Part shown: positions 1 through 31,300 of the stretch, one piece after another | Layout of the letters: each line of letters opens with the position of its first letter | Position numbering within the stretch: position 1 is the first letter of the stretch | From: Bacillus subtilis subsp. subtilis str. 168 | Lineage (GTDB): Bacteria > Bacillota > Bacilli > Bacillales > Bacillaceae | Direction: 5' to 3' | DNA: 32,000 bases | Assembly (NCBI RefSeq): GCF_000009045.1 | Contig: NC_000964.3 | Location: 1,800,001 to 1,832,000 of the forward strand | Notes under the pieces: generated by a model | Seen by the model: only the letters and a program-made list of their open reading frames with translations | Databases searched by the model: none | What the model was told of the DNA's origin: nothing | Position numbers and translations under genes: made by a program

Positions 1-21537
<21,537 letters not shown>

Positions 21538-21538
21538 G

Positions 21539-21545
21539 AGAGGAG
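21539..21545 (+). promoter_or_regulatory. Shine-Dalgarno sequence (AGAGGAG) for pksM
   Basis: Purine-rich SD lies 7 nt upstream of ATG 21553, in the 15 nt gap after the pksL stop. Confidence 0.8.
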
Positions 21546-21552
21546 TGGGAAA

Positions 21553-22380
21553 ATGATAACTGAACAACTGCACATTTCATTAAATAATCCAATCATGTCC
21601 AACCACAAGGTATATGGACAAGCGTTATTACCCGGCCTTGCTTATATAGATTTAATCTACCAAGTATTCCAGGAACATGGTTATGCATACCAAGAGCTTG
21701 AATTAAAAAACCTAACCATTTTTTACCCTTTGATCGCAGATGAGTCATATGACATTGCCCTGACCATTCACGTGTCTGAAAGAAAGGAAGGGACATGGTC
21801 CATCATCATCGACGGACAAAAACAGCATGGAGAATCACTATCTGACAAGAGACAATATGTGACTGCTGACATGCATCGTAAAGAGCAAACCGCTTTTGCC
21901 GAATCAATAGACCTTAATCAGTGGAAAAGTACAGCTGACAGGATTCTGAATTTAGATGAAATCTATGAACAATGCCGATCTCAAGAGTTAGTGCATACCG
22001 GCATGATGAAGGCGGAAGGACAGATTTATGAAGCCAAAGAGGGGGCTGTAATTGATTTAGCAGTCGGACAGGAAGCATTGCGTCATTCTGATGCTTTTCT
22101 GTTTCATCCGACGCTTATTGACGGCAGCGGCATAGGTTCAAGCTGCCTGATCTCAGATCAAACGATGTACCTGCCATTGTATTATGAATCGTTTTCTGCT
22201 TCAGAACGATTGCAAAAAGGATGTACAGCACGGATCCTCTCCTCATCTGTGCGCCAAAAGAAAGAACTCACTTATATGACGATTGAATATTTTAATTCAG
22301 CAGGACAAAAAGTGGCCGAGCTGAAACAATTTGCAGGCAAGTCTGTACGGAATATGTCAGCCTTTCATTCTGCAAAAGAA
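21553..22380 (+). other. pksM: PksM N-terminal DH-like domain (partner of the PksL KS0)
   Basis: HKVYGQALLP (His 21604-21606, Pro 21631-21633). HPTLIDGSG (Asp 22120-22122). Confidence 0.8.
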
Positions 22381-25300
22381 ATTCAAGAAGAAAGAGCTGC
22401 TGTCTCTCAGAACATCAGTCGGGACTATCCCGCATTTGAAATGTATTTGCGTCAGCTGCTTGCTAAGCAGCTTGAAAGGCCGGCAGAACAAATGGATATC
22501 CACGCTGGGTACTATGAGCTTGGTCTGGATTCTTCGTCATTGCTTACCGTGGTTCAGGAAATTGGAGATAAGGTTGGGGCGGATCTTGCTCCGACACTGC
22601 TGTTTGAATTTACAACAATTGCAGAACTAGCTGCTCATCTTGCTGATCACTATTCAATTGGAGAGGCGGACGATGCTGTCCGCCAATCTCCTTCACCAAT
22701 TGATGGTGTTACCTCTTCACCAGAGATCGGGGAGGACATAGCCATTATCGGAATGGCGGGACGCTATCCTAAGGCGAAAAATATACAGGAATTTTGGGAA
22801 CAGCTTAAAGCGGGTACCGACTGCATCACAGAGATTCCAAACTCACGCTGGGAATGGAAAGAAAGCGATGGACTGGATTCACCTGCAGGCAAGCCGCTCT
22901 CGAAATGGGGCGGCTTTATCGAGGAGGCTGATTGCTTTGATCCTCAATTTTTCAGAATCTCTCCGCGTGAAGCGGAAATGATGGACCCTCAGGAACGCTT
23001 ATTTTTAGAGACGTGCTGGGAAGCTATTGAAGATGCGGGTTATACACCAGAGACAATTGCTTCACCGCAGGGAGAAAATAAAAGACAGCATGTCGGTGTG
23101 TTTGCCGGCGTTATGCATAAGGACTATTCTCTTATAGGAGCTGAAGCTCTATCAGAACACAATCCATTTCCTTTATCGCTGAATTATGCGCAAATCGCCA
23201 ACAGGGTCTCTTACTATTGTAATTTCCACGGCCCAAGCATGGCGGTGGACACGGTCTGCTCTTCCTCATTAACTGCGGTTCATCTGGCAATAGAGAGCAT
23301 CCGGAATGGAGAATGCGAGGCCGCGCTTGCCGGAGGCGTCAATTTGTCACTGCATCCGGCTAAATATATCAGCTATGGCAGTGTAGGGATGCACTCAAGT
23401 GACGGCTATTGCCATACTTTCGGCAAAGGCGGGGATGGCTACGTATCTGGAGAAGGTGTCGGCACAGTATTGCTAAAACCGCTGCGAAAAGCTGAACAGG
23501 ACGGTGACCGAATCTATGCTGTCATCAAAGGCAGTGCGATAAATCATGTAGGAAAAGTAAGCGGAATTACAGTACCGAGCCCGGTAGCTCAAGCTGATGT
23601 AATCGAAGCATGTCTAGAAAAAACAGGAATTGATCCGCGCACCATCAGCTATGTTGAAGCCCATGGCACTGGCACCTCATTGGGAGATCCGATTGAAGTA
23701 CAGGGGTTAGTAAAAGCTTTCAGCCGCAATACGCAGGACAAGCAATTCTGTTCAATCGGTTCTGTGAAATCAAATATTGGCCATGCTGAAGCTGCAGCCG
23801 GCATTAGCGGCTTAACGAAGACTGTCCTGCAGCTGCATCATAAAACCTTGGTGCCGTCATTACATTCAGAAGAGCTGAATCCTTATTTGAAGCTTGATCA
23901 AACCCCATTTTTTGTCCAGCATGAAACAAAGGAATGGGAGCAGCCATCTTTTACAGAAAACGGGGTGGACGTCACATATCCCCGCCGTGCCGGTTTAAGT
24001 TCGTTTGGCGCTTCAGGATCAAATGCGCATCTTATTTTGGAAGAATATATTCCGGCAGAGAGCCATTCAGAGACGATTTTAACGAAAAATGAAGAAATAG
24101 TGATACCTTTGTCTGCGAGAAACAAAGATCGTCTGCAGGCTTACGCTCTTAAACTTCTTGATTTTCTTAGCGAGGACGTCAATCTTTTAGCGTTAGCTTA
24201 TACCATGCAGGCAGGACGGGTTGAAATGGAGGAGCGTGCGGCCTTCATTGTAAAAGACATAAAAGATTTAACGGCTAAACTTCGGGCGTTTGCCAATGGC
24301 GAAGAAGAGATCGAGGGCTGCTGGACCGGACGAGCCAAGGAGAATCAGGAGGCGGCTGGGCTAGCATCGGTAAATGCGCTGAATAACAATTTGATAAGAG
24401 ACAGTGAAATGATGGAAATGGCGAAAGCATGGGTTCAAGGAAAGCGGGTCACCTGGGACGACCTATACGGCGATCGCAAGCCGCTTAAGATCAGTGTTCC
24501 GACCTATCCGTTTGCAAGGGAGCGCTACTGGATCTCGGTTCCTGAAATGAAAACCAGCACTGTGAATCATATCTTACATCCGCTGGTGCACCGCAATACA
24601 TCAGACTTTACTGAGCAGCGCTTTAGCTCTGTATTTACAGGCACGGAATTTTTCCTGTCAGATCATGTTGTACAGGGACAGAAAATTTTGCCGGGCGTTG
24701 CCTATTTAGAAATGGCAAGGGAAGCAGCGGAAAAAGCTGCAGGCGATCTGGACGGCGAACAAAGAGTGGTGTCGCTTAAAGACATTGTGTGGGTGCGTCC
24801 TATCACGATAGAAAGTGAACCAAAAGAAATACATATTGGCCTTTTTCCTGAGGATAACGGGGACATTTCCTTTGATATTTATAGCAGCTCTGAACATAAA
24901 GAAGAAGCCCTGACGATACACTGCCAAGGTCGCGCTGTCATTTCAGATGAAGCGGAGACTTCCATTTTAAACCTTTCATCAATACAGACAGAATGCAGCC
25001 TGGACACAGTGACGTCAGAACAATGCTATGCAGCGTTTCGAAAGATTGGGCTTGACTATGGCGAGGGCTATCAAGGGATTGAAAAAGTCTATGTCGGCAA
25101 AGATCAATTGCTTGCAAAAATCTCGTTACCCGCTTTTCTAAAAAACGACAAGCAGCATTTTGCGCTCCACCCGAGTTTGATGGATTCCGCGTTCCATGCC
25201 ACAGTCGGTTTTATCGTTAGCTCAGTCAATGCCGCTGGACAAGCTCAGACGCTGTCTCTTCCATTTGCGTTACAGGAGGTTGATATTTTCAGCCCATGTC

Positions 25301-28300
25301 CAGAGAAGATATGGTCTTATATTCGATACAGTTCAGACAGTAAAGCGGAGAACAAAGTCAGAAAGTATGACATTGATTTATGTGATGAGAACGGACGTGT
25401 TTGTGTGCGAATGAAGGGTGCCTCGATGCGGGCACTTGATGGAGAGCAGCATTCAAAGCCGCAACTATTAACTGATTCTCAGCTGACCGGGCATACGGTG
25501 ATGATCCCCGTCTGGGAACCAGTCTCTCTAGAAGCGGAGGATAATGCTTCGTTTGCTGGTAAAAGAGCTGTTTTATGCGGAGCTGCTGAAGCTGATCGGA
25601 CTTTCATAAAGCATCATTATCCGCAAATTTCCTTTGTCGATATCCGCCCTGCAGATGACATTGAGGCAATAGCGGACAAACTGCAAGCGTACGGAAGCAT
25701 TGACCATGTATTGTGGATTGCCCCGTCACACCGGGGAAGTATAGGTAGTGATGGACAAGAAGAAGCTGTTCTTCACTTATTTAAGCTTGTGAAAGCATGC
25801 CTGCAATTAGGCTATGGCGAGAAACAACTTGAATGGTCTCTTGTGACCGTCCAAGCGCAGCCGGTTACGCAACATGAGGCAGTACAACCCGCTCATGCAA
25901 GCATTCATGGGCTTGCCGGCACAATGGCAAAGGAATATCCACACTGGAAAATCCGTCTTCTCGATCTTGAAAAAGGCTGCACATGGCCGGTAAATCACAT
26001 GTTTGCGCTCCCAGCTGACCGCCTTGGCCATGCTTGGGCCTATCGTAATCAGCAATGGCATCAGCAGCAATTGATCCCATATCGGTCCTCACTGTCAGGC
26101 GACACGCTATATCGGAAAGGCGGAGTCTATGTGGTCATCGGAGGAGCCGGGTATATCGGAGAGGCGTGGAGTGAGTACATGATCCGCCGCTACCAGGCGC
26201 AAATCGTTTGGATTGGGCGAAGTCAACTTAATGCTGCCATCCAGTCAAAAATAGACCGACTTTCGGCGCTTGGCCCTGAGCCTTTCTACATTGCAGCCGA
26301 TGCAGCCGATAAGCATTCACTGCAGCAGGCTTATGAACAAGTGAAAAAACGTCATCCTCATATTCACGGGATTGTTCACTCTGCGATGGTTTTATTTGAG
26401 CAAAGCCTGGAAAAAATGAAGCCGGAAGAATTCACCGCTGGACTGGCGGCGAAGATCGATGTCAGTATTCGGATGGCCCAAGTGTTCCGCCAGGAGAATG
26501 TAGATTTTGTTTTATTCTTCTCTTCGCTTGTAGCCCATATCAAAAATGTGAAGCAAAGCCATTATGCCTCTGGCTGTACATTTGCAGATGCTTTTGCTCA
26601 CCAGCTTTCTCAGAGCTGGGCATGCCCTGTAAAAGTCATGAACTGGGGATATTGGGGGAATAGTGAAGCGGCTGAGGATGAACATTATGTACAGCTCATG
26701 AATCAAATCGGCTTAGGTTTAATTGAGCCCGCGGAGGCTATGAAGGCGCTGGAAGCACTGCTTTCTGGGCCAGTCAGCCAAACAGCTTTCATTCATACGA
26801 CAAAGCCTGTAGCAGTCGAAGGCGTGAATCAGAATGAATTCATCACTCTTTATCCAGAGCAACCTTCAGCAGATGCAGAGAGCCTGATGGAGCGTCTGCC
26901 GACTACGGGACGATTTCAAAGAGTGACACATGAAGAGCTTGATGATCTTCTTTACAGGCTGTTGTTAGGACAGCTGCAAACAGCCGAGCTGTTTGATGGT
27001 TATACATTATCGGTTGAACGTCTTCAACAATATAAGACTCGTGAATTTTATGGAAAATGGATTCGGCAAAGCAGCGAATTTCTCTTGCAGCATGGCTATC
27101 TTAAGAAAGTTGGAGATTCATTGGTGAGGAAGGACCAAGCAGAGGATATCGAGCTGCTTTGGCTAGAATGGAACGCGAAAAAAGAAAAGTGGCTTAAAGA
27201 CAGCGAGACAAAGGCGATGGTTGTATTAGCAGAGGCCATGCTGCAAGCATTACCGGATATTTTGACAGGGAAAGTCCCTGCAACAGATATCATGTTCCCG
27301 CATTCCTCGATGGAACTGGTGGAAGGCATTTATAAGCATAACCAAGTGGCAGACTATTTTAATAAAGTGCTTGCCGATACATTATTAGCTTATCTGGATG
27401 AACGTCTGAAGCACGACCCTGAGGCATCGATTCGCATTATGGAAATAGGCGCAGGCACAGGCGGCACGAGTGCCGGAATCTTTGAAAAACTGAAACCATA
27501 TCAAAAGCACATCAATGAATATTGCTATACAGATCTGTCTAAAGCATTTTTGCTGCATGCAGAAAAGGAATATGGGGCGGAAAATCCGTACCTGACATAT
27601 CAGCTTTTTGATGTGGAAAAACCGATTGATCAGCAGGAATTTGAAGCGGGAGGCTATGATGTCGTCATTGCCGCTAATGTCCTTCACGCAACAAAAAATA
27701 TCCGTCAAACACTGCGGCATACAAAAGCGGTAATGAAAAACAACGGAATGCTGCTGCTGAATGAAATGGCGGGAAACAGCCTGTTCCCTCACATCACCTT
27801 TGGTCTTTTGGAAGGCTGGTGGCTGTATGAAGATCCTGCAGTGCGGATTCCCGGCTGTCCAGGCTTACATCCTGACAGCTGGAAAGCGGCACTTGAAAGC
27901 GAAGGCTTTGAATCTGTCTTTTTCCCGGCCGAGGCGGCACATGATCTGAGTCACCAAATCGTCGCAGCCTCAAGCAACGGGCTGGTTCGACGTATGATGA
28001 AAAATGTGATCTTGCCGGAGAAGGTTGTTTCACAAGCGTCTAATCAGGAGCCAGCCTACATTCATACCATAGATTCAGAGGAAGCTGGACAATCGAAACA
28101 TGCTCTCCTAAGAGAAAAAAGCACAGAATATATGAAAAAACTAATCGGGGAAACGTTGAAAATTCCTGCAGGAAAGATTGAGTCATCTGAACCTCTTGAA
28201 AAGTACGGTATTGATTCTATCGTTGTTGTCCAGCTGACGAATACATTGCGTAAAGAATTTGACCATGTAAGCAGCACTTTATTTTTCGAGTACCAGACCA

Positions 28301-31300
28301 TTGACGCATTAGTGGAGCATTTCATCAAAACAAAAACAGAAGCTCTGATGAAATTAACAGGTCTTGACCGTCAAGTTCAACAACATACACCGGCCGAAAG
28401 CAGAACCCAATCTTCACAGAAACCTGATCAGGCCGCTAAAAGAACACGGCGCTTTCGCAAGCTTGGCTTCAGCGGGGAGAAAGAAACACCGACAAACACT
28501 CTTGCAAGCCGTGACGTTGCCGTTATCGGCATTTCTGGACGCTATCCTCAGGCGGAAACAGCAGAAGACTTTTGGAACAACCTAAAAGAAGGAAGAAATT
28601 GTATTGAGGAAATTCCGAAAGATCGCTGGGATTGGAAAGCTTATTACGATAAAGAAAAAGGAAAAGAAGGATCAATTTATACGAAATGGGGCGGATTTAT
28701 CAAGGATATGGACAAGTTTGACCCATTATTCTTTCAGATTTCTCCGCTTGAGGCAGAAAGAATGGACCCTCAGGAGCGATTATTTCTGCAAACCGCTTAT
28801 GCAAGTATTGAAGACGCGGGATACACGCCTGACTCGCTCTGTTCAAGCAGAAAAATCGGCGTCTTTGCCGGAGTCATGAACAAAAATTATCCGACTGGCT
28901 ACGGCTATTGGTCTATCGCCAACAGAATATCCTATTTACTGAATTTCCAAGGCCCGAGTCTTGCAGTCGATACAGCCTGCTCATCCTCCCTGACAGCGAT
29001 TCATTTAGCGCTGGAAAGCATCTATAGCGGATCGAGTGATTGTGCCATTGCCGGCGGTGTCAATTTAGTTGTCGACCCGGTTCACTATCAGAATTTATCT
29101 GTCATGAATATGCTCTCTGCTAGTGATACATGTAAATCATTCGGCGATGATGCAGATGGATTTGTCGACGGTGAAGGCGTAGGCGCCATTGTGTTAAAGC
29201 CGCTGCAGCAAGCAATAGCGGACGGTGACCATATTTACGGTGTGATAAAGGCAAGTGCCATTAATAGCGGAGGAAAAACAAATGGATACACGGTTCCAAA
29301 TCCTCATGCACAGGCACAGGTGATTAAAGAAGCAATTGAGCGCGCCGACATTCCTGCCCGAACCATCAGTTATTTAGAGGCGCATGGAACAGGCACTGCA
29401 TTAGGAGATCCGATTGAGATAGCGGGGTTAACAAAAGCATTCGAGAAAGATACGCAGGAGAAACAGTTTTGTGCGATCGGCTCCAGCAAATCAAATATCG
29501 GCCATTGTGAAAGTGCAGCCGGAATTGCAGGGCTGACAAAAATACTTTTTCAGTTTAAATATGGCCAAATTGCGCCATCATTGCATGCTCAGCGGTTGAA
29601 TCCGAACATCGAGTTCAGCCATACGCCATTTGTCGTTCAGCAGCAACTTGGTGAATGGAAACGCCCGGTGATTGGCGGGCAAGAGGTGCCTAGGCGCGCT
29701 GGCTTGAGCAGTTTTGGCGCCGGAGGGTCCAATGCCCATATCATCCTGGAAGAATATATTCCAAGAACGGGGGCGCAAACGCCGAAAGACCATCCTCCAG
29801 CGCTGATTGTGCTGTCGGCCAAAAACATGGAACGTTTGCAAGAAAAAGCGGAACAGCTGCTTACAGCCATCAAACAAAAAAGGTACTGCGAAACAGACCT
29901 GATCAGGATCGCCTATACCTTGCAAACAGGCCGTGAAGCAATGGAGGAACGGCTGGCCTTTATAGCGGAATCACTAGAGGATCTTGAGAGAAAGCTGAAC
30001 GATTTTATCGAAAACAAAGCAGACAGCCTGTATCTGGATCGCATCGATGATAACAAAAAAGCGTTAGCAGTCTTATCAGCGGATGAGGATACGGAAAAAA
30101 TCATAGAAGCATGGATGAGCAAAGGGAAATACACGAAACTGCTGGATCTTTGGGTGAAAGGCTTGTCTTTCGACTGGGGCATGCTGTACGGCACCCAAAC
30201 GCCTGTCCGGATCAGTCTTCCGGCATATCCATTTGCAAAAGAACGTTACTGGGCACCAGGCGCGGCAAAGGCCCCGGTGTCTATAGAACAGGATCATGAT
30301 CAGCAAACAGAAGAACCTTTCAAGGTTATGACGTTTCAAGAAGTGTGGAAAGAAGAGCCGGCGACTCTCACATCGAAACGTATCAAAACGCTCATCTGTT
30401 TTCTGACTGAAAGAGAAAAGCAAAACGCATTTGCTTCAGCCCTGAAAAACGTTGATCAAGACACCAAGGTCATTTTTATATCACAGGGCGAAGTGTACAG
30501 CAAACAGTCTGAATATAGCTACCAGATTGTGCGGCAAGAACCCGTTACTTTTGAAAAGGCCTTCCAGAGCATTAAAGAAGAACTTGGAGAGCCAGATGCA
30601 ATCCTCTATATGTGGCCTATGGAAGACAAGCGCTGTATAAAGGACCATTCCTGTATTGTTTACCTATTACAAGGTATGTCCGCAGCAAAGCTTCATCCTT
30701 CACGGCTGCTGCTGGCAGGATGTTTTGAAGATAGTCTTGACCGAAGTTATCTGGAATCATGGATTGGCTTCGAACGTTCACTCGGGCTTGTCCTTCCGCA
30801 CACAAAAGTGACTGGAATCTTTCAGCCCGCGGAACAAGGATCGATGGATGATTGGACACGTAAAGTCTGGGCAGAATTACAGGCTTCAACTGAACAAACG
30901 GTTTTGTATCAGAATCTGAAACGATATGTAAATCACATTGAACAGACAACGATACAACCGGACAACAGCAAATTGAAGTCTGGCGGTACTTACCTGATTA
31001 CAGGCGGTGTAGGAGGGCTTGGTTATTTATTTGCCAAGCATTTGGCCAAAAACTATGCCGCAAACCTGATTTTGACAGGGAGGTCGCCTTTTAATGATGA
31101 GAAGCAAAAGCAAATAAAAGAATTAAAGGATCTAGGCGGCGAAGCGATGTATGCAGAAGCAGATGTGTCTGATCCTATCGCAATGGGAGACTGCGTAAAA
31201 AGAGGGAAAGACCGATTCGGTGCCATCAACGGTGTTATTCATGCAGCCGGAATCGAGAGCGACTCTGCTATTTTTGACAAAAAGATCGAAAGCTTCCAGC

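Noticed and set aside
21538-21552. Possible terminator or internal promoter between pksL and pksM (likewise at 7935..7940)
   Set aside because: The gaps are 15 nt and 1 nt and contain only an SD sequence. There is no room for a stem-loop or for -35/-10 elements, so the genes look translationally coupled.
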